The notes under the pieces were generated by a model. It was not told the DNA's origin, made no database searches, and saw nothing but the letters and a program-made list of their open reading frames with translations. Positions 19,169-29,055 of a DNA stretch of 64,000 bases are shown here, piece by piece. Position numbers and translations under genes: made by a program. The DNA is taken from contig CAWBYW010000007.1 in the NCBI GenBank assembly GCA_963792965.1, positions 608,001-672,000 of the forward strand, in the 5' to 3' direction. The DNA comes from an uncultured delta proteobacterium (GTDB lineage: Bacteria; Desulfobacterota; Zymogenia; Zymogenales; Zymogenaceae). Within the stretch, counting starts at the first letter, position 1; each line of letters starts with the position of its first letter.

Positions 19169-20275
19169 CTAAAAGATCATTCTTTTTCGATAGATGTTGA
19201 GCAAGAGGCCGACGGCAAAGAGGCTCACCGCCAGCGAGGACCCTCCATACGATAGGAAGGGGAGCGGAATGCCGACCACGGGGAAGATGCCGGTGGCCAT
19301 GCTGATATTGATGAAGAACTGCCAGAGGAAGAATATCGATATCCCCATCGCCGTCACCCCGCCGAAGACGTCCTTTGCCTCCCGGGCCACGGCCAGTCCC
19401 CTCAGAACAAGAAAGAGAAAAAGCCCCACGACCACAACGGAGCCGATGAACCCCCACTCTTCGGCCAGGACCGAAAAGATGAAGTCCGTGTGCTGTTCCG
19501 GCAGGAACTTCAGCATGCCCTGGGTCCCCGCCATGTAGCCCTTACCGAAAAGCCCACCGCTCCCGACGGCTATCTTTGATTGAATAATATGGTAGCCCGC
19601 CCCGAGGGGATCAAGTTCGGGCTTCAAGAAGGTCATGATCCGCTGGCGCTGATAGGGCTTGAGAAACTCCCAGCCAAAATAGAGTGCCGGCGGCGCCGTG
19701 ACGACACCGAGGAAGACGAGGGAAAGCAGCGTTCCTATCCTCATCCGTATCGCGAAGATCATCGTCACAAACAGGAGAATCAAGAGTCCCGCCGACCCAA
19801 GGTCGGGCTCCTTGAGGATGAGCGCGGCGGGAATAACGGCCAGGAGCGTCGGAACGACGAGGTCGGTCAGCCTGAGGCCGTCCTCGGTGGACCTGTCGGT
19901 AAGATATTTCCCTACGGCAAATATATACGAGAGCTTCATAAGCTCCGAGGGTTGAAAAGAGATCGGCCCGAACGTGAACCAGCGAACGGCCCCGGCCCCC
20001 CGATCACCGAAGAAGAACAGACCGACCAACAGAGCAAGTGTGCCCAGATATATCCAGTAGGCCCATCGCTCAAAAAAGTGGTAATCCAGGAAGAACGTGA
20101 CGGCCATGATGAAAAACCCGATTCCCAGCCAGTATATCTGTTTGAGATAGATCGGAACCGCTAAGGCGGGCTCCATGCGCGTCGCCGAGTAAAGGTTGAA
20201 AATACCGATACCCACCAGCGTAAGTGTCACCAACAAGAGAGAAAAGTCCAATCTCTTCATGAGGTCTTTTGTCAT
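19169..20275 (-). CDS. rodA: Rod shape-determining protein RodA (SEDS)
   Basis: QPSELMK, EPDLG, GSGGLFGKG, PEQHTDFIF, SYGGSS. Confidence 0.95.
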   Translation of the reverse strand: MTKDLMKRLDFSLLLVTLTLVGIGIFNLYSATRMEPALAVPIYLKQIYWLGIGFFIMAVTFFLDYHFFERWAYWIYLGTLALLVGLFFFGDRGAGAVRWFTFGPISFQPSELMKLSYIFAVGKYLTDRSTEDGLRLTDLVVPTLLAVIPAALILKEPDLGSAGLLILLFVTMIFAIRMRIGTLLSLVFLGVVTAPPALYFGWEFLKPYQRQRIMTFLKPELDPLGAGYHIIQSKIAVGSGGLFGKGYMAGTQGMLKFLPEQHTDFIFSVLAEEWGFIGSVVVVGLFLFLVLRGLAVAREAKDVFGGVTAMGISIFFLWQFFINISMATGIFPVVGIPLPFLSYGGSSLAVSLFAVGLLLNIYRKRMIF

Positions 20276-22101
20276 CGACGAGACTTTCCTTTCAGCTCAA
20301 AATATTTTCTTATCATCGCGTCGGCCAGCGGAGACGCCGCATCTCCTCCGAACCCCCCGTGCTCTACGAGGACCACGACGGCGATCTCGGGCTTTTGGAG
20401 GGGGGCAAAACAAACGAACCACGCGTGATCGCGCAGATCGTACGGCAGGTATTTGCTGATGTAGCTTCCCGACATCACCTGGGCGGTCCCCGTCTTTCCG
20501 CAGACGTCTTTTCCCTCAAAATGCGCCCGCCAGCCCGTTCCGCCCGGCTCATTTACCGCCCCGTAGAGCCCCCGCTTAACGATATCAATGTTCTCGGCGG
20601 AAAGGGGCAGAGTGCCCTTCTTCTTGCTTTCATAGGCCTCGACCAGAGTACCGTCGGGCGTGAGGAGCTCTTTTGCCACCCGGGGCTCATAAAGGGTGCC
20701 GCCGTTGGCCAACGCCGAAAAGGCACAGAGCAGTTGTAGCGGCGTCACGAGGTTATACCCCTGGCCTATGGCGCATGAGATCGTTTCCCCCGGGAACCAG
20801 GGGATCCCGAAATAGCCCTTCTTCCACGCGCTCGAGGGACAGATGCCGGGCTTTTCCCCCGGAAGTCGGATGCCGGTAAGGCTCCCGAGTCCGTACCCGC
20901 CGCCGTATTTCGCCAGCCTGTCGATGCCGAGGCGATCCCCGACGTTATAGAAGAATACGTCGCATGACTCCACGATCGCCCGGTGAACCGATAGCTTGCC
21001 GTGTCCGCCCGCTTTATAGCAGGAAAAGGTCGTCCCGCCGTAGTGAAAGTATCCGGGACAATAGATTTCGGTGTCTTCTTTGATGACCCCTTCCTCAAGC
21101 CCGGCGCTGGCGGTGATGATCTTATACGTGGAGCCGGGGGCGTATTGGCCCGAAATACACCGGTCCTGAAGGGGGTGTCGCTTGTCGGTGATCAGGGATT
21201 GCCATTCTCCGGGCTGGATCCCCCGGGCGAAGAGCGCGGGATCGAACCCCGGGGCCGATACCATTGCCAGGATCTCGAAATTCTGCGGGTTCATAGCAAT
21301 AATCGCCCCGGAGTAGTCGTTTTCTTCCATAAGCCGGTCGGCGAATTTCTGTAGCTCCCAGTCAATCGTCAGGACCAAGTTGTCGCCGGGGATCGGCTTG
21401 AGCTCACCGAGCACTTTCGATTCTCTTCCGGAGGAGTCCACTTCCACCTGAATCCCTCCGTCGGCTCCCCTCAGGTCCTTGTCCCATGTCTCTTCTATTC
21501 CGCCCCTTCCGACGATATCGCCCATCTTGTAGCCGGCAAATTTCTCCGCCGAGAGCTCGCCCTTACTGATTTCGCTCATGTATCCGAAGAGATGGGGGGC
21601 AAGCGGTCCGTAGACATACTCTCTCACGGGACGCGGCACCACGGCCACCCCTGACATCCGAAACAAGTGTGTGACAAGCGGTGATACCTGCTCAAGAGGC
21701 ACGTCACGAGCGATCGTGAGTGGATGGAACTTCTGGTACTTCTCCCGTTCTTTCTTCACGTTCGTCCGGAGGATCTCTCCCCCGATGCCGCTGAGCGCCG
21801 AGACGGACTTGATCGTCTTGTCCAGGTCCTTGACGAAGTCCTCGGAGATCGTAATATCAAAGGAAGGGCGGTTATCGACGATGACCCGTTTGTACCGATC
21901 AAGGAGCATGCCCCGCGGCGCCGGCATTTGAACGAGCCGCACTCGGTTGTTCTCGCTCATCGATCGAAACTCGTCGTTCATATAGATCTGGAGGTAGGCG
22001 AGCCGCGCCATAAGGGTAAGAAAAGCCACGATCGCCACCAGACCGAGCAACACGGTCCGTAACATTCTGGAGGGATCTGTCTTATGTAGGGTGGAATTCA
22101 C
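20272..22101 (-). CDS. mrdA: Penicillin-binding protein 2
   Basis: APRG..LDR, PGSTYK, SCDVFFY, KTGTAQ, DHAWF; start uncertain (GTG 22101 or ATG 22065). Confidence 0.93.
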   Translation of the reverse strand: MNSTLHKTDPSRMLRTVLLGLVAIVAFLTLMARLAYLQIYMNDEFRSMSENNRVRLVQMPAPRGMLLDRYKRVIVDNRPSFDITISEDFVKDLDKTIKSVSALSGIGGEILRTNVKKEREKYQKFHPLTIARDVPLEQVSPLVTHLFRMSGVAVVPRPVREYVYGPLAPHLFGYMSEISKGELSAEKFAGYKMGDIVGRGGIEETWDKDLRGADGGIQVEVDSSGRESKVLGELKPIPGDNLVLTIDWELQKFADRLMEENDYSGAIIAMNPQNFEILAMVSAPGFDPALFARGIQPGEWQSLITDKRHPLQDRCISGQYAPGSTYKIITASAGLEEGVIKEDTEIYCPGYFHYGGTTFSCYKAGGHGKLSVHRAIVESCDVFFYNVGDRLGIDRLAKYGGGYGLGSLTGIRLPGEKPGICPSSAWKKGYFGIPWFPGETISCAIGQGYNLVTPLQLLCAFSALANGGTLYEPRVAKELLTPDGTLVEAYESKKKGTLPLSAENIDIVKRGLYGAVNEPGGTGWRAHFEGKDVCGKTGTAQVMSGSYISKYLPYDLRDHAWFVCFAPLQKPEIAVVVLVEHGGFGGDAASPLADAMIRKYFELKGKSRR

Positions 22102-22126
22102 TTGATTATTTCCGATGATGAACAGA

Positions 22127-22699
22127 CTACACGAGGGGTTCCCCCCACTCCTCACGCATAAACCGAGTCAGATAGTATCCGCCCCGCTCCGGGTCAACAA
22201 ACTTGAGCAGGGGCAGAAAGGGGATAGAGACCAGCGCCGTCAGGAATGCCGTAAAGAGAGCCGCCGTGATGACCGAGCCGAACCTCCCCACCGAGAGCCC
22301 CCACAGGAGGGTCACCAGAGAGAGCACGATGGAGAGGGAGAAGGAAACGATGCATGCGATCGACGAAAACACGAGGGGCCTGTCGGCATAGATGACGCGC
22401 GAGATCACCCGGGAACTTCCCATCACGAAGAAGCAGCAGAAAAGCCCTTCACCGAAGGAAGAGCCCGAATAGAAATCGAACAGGAGTCCGAGGATCGTCG
22501 TGATCAGGACGCTCGTGCCGGGCGACTTATAGATGCCGACATAAATGATCACGAGGAAAAACCACTCCGCACCTATGCCTCGGATCCCCGGCAAGACCCC
22601 TTGGACGAGCAGGACGGCCGTCCCGATGATAATGAACAGGAGAAAGCCGAGATATTTCCTGCCCCTGCTCTCGCGTATAACGATCTGTGTATCGTCCAT
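22127..22699 (-). CDS. mreD: Rod shape-determining protein MreD
   Basis: Polytopic membrane protein with GLLFDFYSG..FG, between mreC and mrdA; start uncertain. Confidence 0.8.
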   Translation of the reverse strand: MDDTQIVIRESRGRKYLGFLLFIIIGTAVLLVQGVLPGIRGIGAEWFFLVIIYVGIYKSPGTSVLITTILGLLFDFYSGSSFGEGLFCCFFVMGSSRVISRVIYADRPLVFSSIACIVSFSLSIVLSLVTLLWGLSVGRFGSVITAALFTAFLTALVSIPFLPLLKFVDPERGGYYLTRFMREEWGEPLV

Positions 22700-22891
22700 C
22701 TAAACCAGACCGCGTGTGTGAGATATGGAATGATTCATCTGATATGCTTTGCTTTTCTTCCGACCCGCCCCGATACTCCTTTGCCCTCCGGTCCGCCATG
22801 GATCCGAAAATCGAGCGGGATTGGGTCGCTTTAGGGTTCCCATCTATTCCGTTGGCCGCGGCCGTAAAGAGGGACGCTTAACGGCTCCGGC

Positions 22892-23716
22892 CTACCGAAC
22901 GATCAGGAGCACCTCTTCGATGCTTCCAAGATTCGCCTTGGGGCTCACCTCGATCTCCGAAAAGATCTCAGAGACCGGCTTCTTTACACGTGCCACATCG
23001 CCCACCAACAGACCCTTTGGGAAGATACCCCCGAGCCCCGCGGTGACCACCGTATCTCCGATACTCACCGGCAGCTTCCGGTCCACGTAGGACAGGTTGA
23101 TCGTACCGTCGGCGGAACCCTCAAGGATCCCCATCGCACGATTGTCCTGGATGAGAACGTCAATCCGGCTGTTCTTATCGTTGATGAGCATCACCCGCGA
23201 CGATTCCCTCGCAACGGTCAGCACTATGCCCACGATCCCATTGGCCGAGATCACCGGCATGTTTTGCTTCACCCCATCTCTGAACCCCTTGTCGATAACG
23301 ATGGTGCTGGAGACGATCGAGCCCTCTCTTCCCACGACGCGGGCGGGCATCAGCTCATACGGTGATTCCTTTGTAAATCCGAGGATCTCTTCCAGCCGCT
23401 CGTTCTTCTTCTCGGTCTCCATATAGAGCGTCTTAAGGTTGTCGTACTTTGAGGACAGCTCGTCGACCAGTCCCTTGAGATCCTCGTTTTCTTCCTCCTT
23501 GTCCCTGAGATATATGTAGTGATCCCAGACTGACCCAACCTCTTCGGTGACAAATGAGATGAACCCCTGCACGGGAGAAAACAGATCCAGCAACACCTCG
23601 CGCGTCCTCTCGGGCAGGGCTCCGGCGAGCGTCGGATAGCTGATCATAATGATCGATATCAGGAAGATGAGGGCTCCGGCCGAGGCCCCCTTATATCGGC
23701 GTAAAAACGACAACAT
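22892..23716 (-). CDS. mreC: Rod shape-determining protein MreC
   Basis: TM, coiled coil (EENEDL), IDKG..DGV, VTAGLGGIFPKG. Confidence 0.95.
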   Translation of the reverse strand: MLSFLRRYKGASAGALIFLISIIMISYPTLAGALPERTREVLLDLFSPVQGFISFVTEEVGSVWDHYIYLRDKEEENEDLKGLVDELSSKYDNLKTLYMETEKKNERLEEILGFTKESPYELMPARVVGREGSIVSSTIVIDKGFRDGVKQNMPVISANGIVGIVLTVARESSRVMLINDKNSRIDVLIQDNRAMGILEGSADGTINLSYVDRKLPVSIGDTVVTAGLGGIFPKGLLVGDVARVKKPVSEIFSEIEVSPKANLGSIEEVLLIVR

Positions 23717-23755
23717 ACGTCAGTTAATCACTTGGGCTTGCGAGCACCCTCACCG

Positions 23756-23799
23756 ATGAAAACCCCAATGACAACCCCAATGAAAACCCCAATGAAAAC
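23756..23799. repeat. 12-bp tandem repeat, about 3.7 copies
   Basis: ATGAAAACCCCA ATGACAACCCCA ATGAAAACCCCA ATGAAAAC in the mreB-mreC spacer. Confidence 0.85.
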
Positions 23800-23855
23800 A
23801 ATATGTGTTGCGCCGGACCGCGGGAGACTGCGCGGCCCGGGACACCCGTCATTCA

Positions 23856-24896
23856 CTACCGTCCGGGGACGGCCACCTGCCTGAGCAGGTCGGGATCATC
23901 GAGGGCCCGCCCGCAGCCGAGGACCACCACCGAGAGCGGATTTTCGGCGACCATGATCGGAAGCCCGGTCTCCCTGTGGAGGAGTTTATCGAAGTTATGC
24001 AGGAGAGAGCCGCCGCCGGAGATCACGATTCCCTTTTCCACGAAGTCCGCCGCCAGCTCGGGGGGTGTCTTCTCCAGGGCGTTTCGCACCGTATCGACGA
24101 TAGCCTTTATCGGGACCGAGAGGGCCTCATTGATCTCAGCCGAAGTGATAGTAAGATTCTTTGGAAGTCCTGTGACCAGATCTCTTCCCTTGACCTCGAC
24201 CTTCTTGTTTTCACCCTCAAGCAGTGCCGTACCCATGTTGATCTTGACCATTTCAGCCGAGCTCTCGCCCAACAGAAAGTTATATTTCCTTTTCAGGTAT
24301 TGAATGATTGCATCGTCCATCTTGTCTCCGCCGACCCTGAGCGATTCGGCGAAGACGATCCCATACATCGAGATAACGGCCACCTCCGTTGTGCCGCCGC
24401 CGATATCGATGATCATATTGCCCGTCGGCTCTCCTATCGGAAGGCCCACCCCGATGGCTGCCGCGATCGGCTCCTCGATGAGATAGACTTCCCGCGCTCC
24501 GGCGGTGTGAGCCGACTCTATCACCGCCCTTTTCTCAACCGGGGTGATTCCGGAAGGTATAGAGATAATGATTCGGGGCCGAATAAGTGGCCGGCGGTTG
24601 AGGGCCTTGTTGATAAAGTGCTTGAGCATATGCTCGGCGATTTCAAAATCGGCGATTACCCCATCCTTCAAGGGCCTGATGGCGACGATGGATTCCGGGG
24701 TTCGCCCGAGCATATGTTTTGCCTCGGCCCCGACGGCGATGATCTTTCGCTCGCCGCGTTCATTCTCTTTGACGGCCACTACCGAAGGCTCGTCGGAGAC
24801 GATACCCTTCCCCTTCAGATAGACGAGGGTATTTGCAGTGCCCAAATCTATGGATAGATCGTTGGAAATAAGACTCATCAGGGAATTCAATGGCAT
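23856..24896 (-). CDS. mreB: Rod shape-determining protein MreB
   Basis: IDLGTANT, RPLKDGVIAD, EEPIAAAIG, DIGGGTT, SGGGSLL. Confidence 0.97.
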   Translation of the reverse strand: MPLNSLMSLISNDLSIDLGTANTLVYLKGKGIVSDEPSVVAVKENERGERKIIAVGAEAKHMLGRTPESIVAIRPLKDGVIADFEIAEHMLKHFINKALNRRPLIRPRIIISIPSGITPVEKRAVIESAHTAGAREVYLIEEPIAAAIGVGLPIGEPTGNMIIDIGGGTTEVAVISMYGIVFAESLRVGGDKMDDAIIQYLKRKYNFLLGESSAEMVKINMGTALLEGENKKVEVKGRDLVTGLPKNLTITSAEINEALSVPIKAIVDTVRNALEKTPPELAADFVEKGIVISGGGSLLHNFDKLLHRETGLPIMVAENPLSVVVLGCGRALDDPDLLRQVAVPGR

Positions 24897-25199
24897 GGTC
24901 TACTCCTTGTGGCCGCAAGTCAATCCAATAACATGTAACAAGGTATAATATATCTATGTAATGGTGATTTCAAGGAAATTCGTATTTACGCTCTAAAATC
25001 GAGCGGGCGCCCGCGCTGAGGAAGCTTCCTTTGGGCCGCGAAGCGCCCATCCCAATTCACTCTCCTTATATGTCATAATGAACAATATTTAATCTGTAAT
25101 CGACAATCCCCATGCATCCAGGCAAGAGAAGAAATGTGTTGCAATTTGGCCCCTCGTTTGGTATTACAGGATAAGGTTTTTTAGCATGTGGAGGACAGC

Positions 25200-25931
25200 G
25201 TGCTCAACGTATTGAGAAGACATGCCAGTTCCTGGTGGCTCAAAGGGATCCTCATCGCCGTTGCCTTGAGCTTCATCATCGGGTTCGGTATCCTCAACCG
25301 TATCAGTAGCGCCGACCGAAGCCGTTATGTCATCAAGGTCGGCAATGCTATCGTTAGCCCGAGCGAATTCTCCGATCTCATGACGAAAGGAGAGGAGGAG
25401 TACTACCAGAAGAACAATGTCGAAATGACCGACGACGACCGCGTCAACCTGCAGACCTCCATCATCGATAATCGAATCGATCAAATGCTGGAGACAAAGG
25501 AGGCGGACCGTCTGGGGCTTGCCGTATCAGACACCGAAGTCGCCGAGTATATCGCCCAGGAACCAGCCTTTCAGAAGGACGGCACGTTCGATTACGATAC
25601 CTTCAAGCAGTACCTCGACTACGAGGGGTATACCGAGAAGATGTTCGAGGAAAACATCAGGCAGGCCCTCCTCGTGCAGAAGCTCAAGGACGTCGTTACC
25701 GACTCGGTAAAGGTATCAGATGACGAAATCATCGAGACGGCAAACTCCCAGGGAAGGACCGTTACCCGGTTTGACGAGCTCAACCCGGACGATAAGGAAT
25801 ACTTCGGGAGGCTTGCACTGGCCATCAAGCGTTTTTCAATCTACCGAGAATTCCTTAATTCCCTGAAGGCTCAAGAAAAGGTCGACATCAATCAGGAATA
25901 TCTCTATACTAAAGAGACCGGAACAAAATAG
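25200..25931 (+). CDS. SurA N-terminal domain protein (PpiD-like, no PPIase domain)
   Basis: GGAGG RBS then GTG; MLNVLRRHASSWWLK plus TM; LGLAVSD.EV, PAFQKDGTFD. Confidence 0.8.
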   Translation: MLNVLRRHASSWWLKGILIAVALSFIIGFGILNRISSADRSRYVIKVGNAIVSPSEFSDLMTKGEEEYYQKNNVEMTDDDRVNLQTSIIDNRIDQMLETKEADRLGLAVSDTEVAEYIAQEPAFQKDGTFDYDTFKQYLDYEGYTEKMFEENIRQALLVQKLKDVVTDSVKVSDDEIIETANSQGRTVTRFDELNPDDKEYFGRLALAIKRFSIYREFLNSLKAQEKVDINQEYLYTKETGTK

Positions 25932-26017
25932 ATCATCCGAGAAGGATGTCATCCCGGGGGAGAATTCCCCCGTTTTTTCATTTTTCCGGGTTCTATTGTC
26001 CTTTTCTGAGAGAACGG

Positions 26018-26551
26018 ATGTCCGTCTACGCGTTTGAAGACAGAATCCCCACCATATCCGACGAGGCGTACGTGTCTCCGGAGGCGACGATTGTAGGGGA
26101 CGTCACTATCGGGCCGGGTTGCTTCATCGGACCGGGGGCGCGGATAAAGGGCGACTACGGAACGATCGTCGTCGGGGCCGAGACGTCCGTCCAGGAGAAT
26201 TGCGTGGTGCATGCCCGCCCGGGCGAGCGCTGCGAGATCGGCCGGCGCGTCAACGTTGGACACGGTGCGATCATCCACGGGGGCCTCGTTGGCGACAACG
26301 CGGTCATCGGTATGGGGGCCATCGTCAGCGATTTTGCCGTCGTGGGCGATGGGGCAATCGTTGCCGAGGGGTGCGTCGTGACGTCAAAACAGAATATACC
26401 CCCGCGTGCGATCGCCGCCGGCGTCCCCGCCAAGGTCATCGGACGGGTCTCCGATGAGACCCTTTCGGCCTATGAGCGGTTCAAGGATATCTATGTCGAC
26501 CTCTCGCGGAGATACAAAGAGGGATTGAGGATTATCGGAACAAGAAAATAG
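26018..26551 (+). CDS. Gamma carbonic anhydrase family protein
   Basis: Hexapeptide repeats; KGD, QENCVVH, VGHGAIIHG, GVPAK. Confidence 0.88.
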   Translation: MSVYAFEDRIPTISDEAYVSPEATIVGDVTIGPGCFIGPGARIKGDYGTIVVGAETSVQENCVVHARPGERCEIGRRVNVGHGAIIHGGLVGDNAVIGMGAIVSDFAVVGDGAIVAEGCVVTSKQNIPPRAIAAGVPAKVIGRVSDETLSAYERFKDIYVDLSRRYKEGLRIIGTRK

Positions 26552-26557
26552 GGACCC

Positions 26558-26911
26558 ATGGCCGGAGAAAAAAGATACCCCCTCAGAGAAAGGATCAGGG
26601 TTGCCGCCGGGATCCTGCTCATTGTCGCCGCCTTCTCGGAGGCGGCGGGCGTGTTCTGGGAATATGGGGCCACGAGCGACGGGAAGCTGCACCTTCTGCT
26701 CGCTCTGGTATCTTTCCTGACGGCGCTTCCCGTGCTCTTCGGCGTGCGGGGGGCCGTGTACGTGGCATTGCCGGTCGTCCTGGCAATTTTCTTTTTCGAG
26801 GTCTATCGCATGGCCGCAATCAACGTCTCGTTCTCTGCCGCCGTCTCGGCCGTGCTGTTTTTGGTTACGGCGCTTCTCTGTTTTATGCTAATCCGAATCT
26901 ACAAGATATGA
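26558..26911 (+). CDS. Hypothetical 4-TM membrane protein
   Basis: Hydrophobic ORF 6 nt after the upstream gene. Confidence 0.6.
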   Translation: MAGEKRYPLRERIRVAAGILLIVAAFSEAAGVFWEYGATSDGKLHLLLALVSFLTALPVLFGVRGAVYVALPVVLAIFFFEVYRMAAINVSFSAAVSAVLFLVTALLCFMLIRIYKI

Positions 26912-26918
26912 TTGGATA

Positions 26919-27188
26919 TTGACATATCGGCTCTATTCTGGTACGAATATCTATATCCCCAAATACCGTGAACCAATCGATATGAAACTCCTCGGCGATC
27001 CACAGGGAATTGAAGAACTCAAGTTCTTCAGGGACAGCGAAGATAAGAAAGAATACCTCAAGATGATACTGAACGAGGCTAAGACCAATACGGACTTTAA
27101 GACCCGCTTTAAGGATAGGAACAGCCAAAATCACTACGTCCTCACCTATGACCCCGCCACGGGAGACTTCAACGTGGCAAAAGCATGA
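26919..27188 (+). CDS. Hypothetical protein
   Basis: Protein-like composition and operon position; start uncertain. Confidence 0.55.
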   Translation: MTYRLYSGTNIYIPKYREPIDMKLLGDPQGIEELKFFRDSEDKKEYLKMILNEAKTNTDFKTRFKDRNSQNHYVLTYDPATGDFNVAKA

Positions 27189-27307
27189 TCTATTTTCGAC
27201 GAGGGACGCCGCGTGGGGCGTGGTGGCCAACCGCGCAGAAAACACGACAGTGAGATAGTATCGGGAGCCGAGAACGGCTCCTTTCTTGTCATGGAGTAAT
27301 CCGATCC

Positions 27308-28028
27308 ATGCTTCCCCACGGCGATCAAACGGCCCCCGGCAGTCATTTCAGGCGCAACGACGACCGCGACCTTGCCCCACGGCTCGTAGAGATGTACGAG
27401 CTCGTGCTCCGGCCGCTTCGGGCGCCAAAACTGGTGGCCCGCCGATTCCCCCTTCGAAGTGGCCGTAGGGGCTATCCTCACCCAGAACACCAATTGGAAG
27501 AACGTCGAGCACGCGATCGAAAACCTGAAGAAGAAAGACCTCCTCTCCCCCGAGAAACTCTTGGCGATTCCGGCCGACGATCTCTCCGAGCTTCTTCGGC
27601 CCTCGGGCTTTTTCCGGATCAAGACGCGCCGCCTCAAGAACTATATGCTCTATATCAGCGAGCGCTACGGGCGGAGACTTTCGTGCATCGCTTTCGGGCC
27701 AGCATGGAGACAAAGAGGGCCGAGCTCCTCTCGGTCTCGGGGATCGGCCCGGAGACCGCCGACAGCATTCTACTCTATGCCGGGGGATACCCGGCGTTTG
27801 TCGTGGACGCCTATACGAAGCGGGTCATGGCCCGGCACGGTTTGTTCGAGGAGGATATCGACTACGAGGACCTTCGCTCGCTTTTTATGAATAATCTTCC
27901 CGCGGACGCGGCCCTCTTCAACGAATTCCACGCGCTTTTCGTCGCCAGTGGGGAAACAGTTCTGCCGGCCGAAAGAGCCGCAATGCGACGGCTGCCCGCT
28001 GTCGGCGGTTTCTGTGAAGGGGCGGTAG
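27308..28028 (+). CDS. Endonuclease III-related HhH-GPD protein, three frame changes
   Basis: Reassembles as QNWWPADSPFEVAVGAILTQNTNW...GIGPETADSILLYA...VVDAY...EFHAL..VGKQFCRPKEPQCDGCPL; shifts near 27409, 27670-27705 and 27947. Confidence 0.75.
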
Positions 28029-28032
28029 CGTA

Positions 28033-28910
28033 ATGGCGCGCATCGGGCAAAGATACTCCCGCAAGAAACGACAGAAACCCCCTTTCCGATAGCATCGCCG
28101 CCTTCAGACGGGCCGTCCTGAGCCATTACCGTGCCCACGGCCGTGACCTCCCGTGGCGGAGGACCACCGATCCCTACAAGATCCTCGTCTCGGAGGTGAT
28201 GCTCCAGCAGACGCAGGTGGGCCGCGTCCTTTTGAAATGGGGACCCTTTGTCGAGCGGTTCGGCGATTTCGCCGCGCTCAATGACGCCACGCTGGCCGAG
28301 GTACTCGGACTCATGGAAGGGGCTCGGATACAACAGGAGGGCGCTCTATCTCAAACAGATCGCACAGATCGTCGTCGAGCGGCACGGTGGGAGCCTTCCC
28401 GACTCGATCCAAGAGCTGACCCGATTCCCCGGCATCGGGACGAACACGGCCGCGGCGATCCTCGCCTTTGCGTTCGAGAAGGCCGTCGTCTTCATCGAGA
28501 CCAACGTCCGCTCCGTCTTCATACACCACTTTTTCGCTGACAGAGAATCGGTTCGGGACGTCGAGATCCTCCCGCTGATAGAGGCGGCGCTCGACCGGGA
28601 TAACCCGCGGATCTGGTACTGGGCGCTCATGGACTACGGCGCGATGCTGAAGGAGGAAGGCGGAAACCCGAGCCGAAGGAGCGCCCACCACACCCGCCAG
28701 TCCCCCTTTGCCGGCTCAGATCGGGAAATCCGGGGAGCGATCCTCAGGCTCCTCCTCGATACCGCCGGTGGGTCCCCGAACGAGGGGCTGACCGAATCGG
28801 CCCTCAATCGCCGTCTTCCGATGGAGCCCCAGCGCGTTAAGAGGAATCTTGCAAATCTGGTCAAGGAGGGGTTTATCACTCGTCGGGGGAGCCACTATCG
28901 TATCCGATGA
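28033..28910 (+). CDS. mutY: MutY-like A/G adenine glycosylase (short form, no Fe-S Cys motif), frameshifted
   Basis: RDLPWRRTTDPYKILVSEVMLQQTQV, WKGLGYNRRA, PGIG..TA, ETNV, ALMDYGA; shifts near 28040 and 28313. Confidence 0.72.
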
Positions 28911-29055
28911 GCAAAACGCCCGAGGGGGATGACGGTAAAACGGGTAATTCGTCTTTTCCGAGAAGCGGGACTACCTCCTTATTAGAAGGCTCCTTTCGCT
29001 TGCCATCATAAAGGCGATGTGGTATCGTTAGGCACTTCTTATAACAGGTATTACC

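Noticed and set aside
23756-23799. CRISPR-like repeat
   Set aside because: 12-bp contiguous tandem units with no spacers and no cas genes
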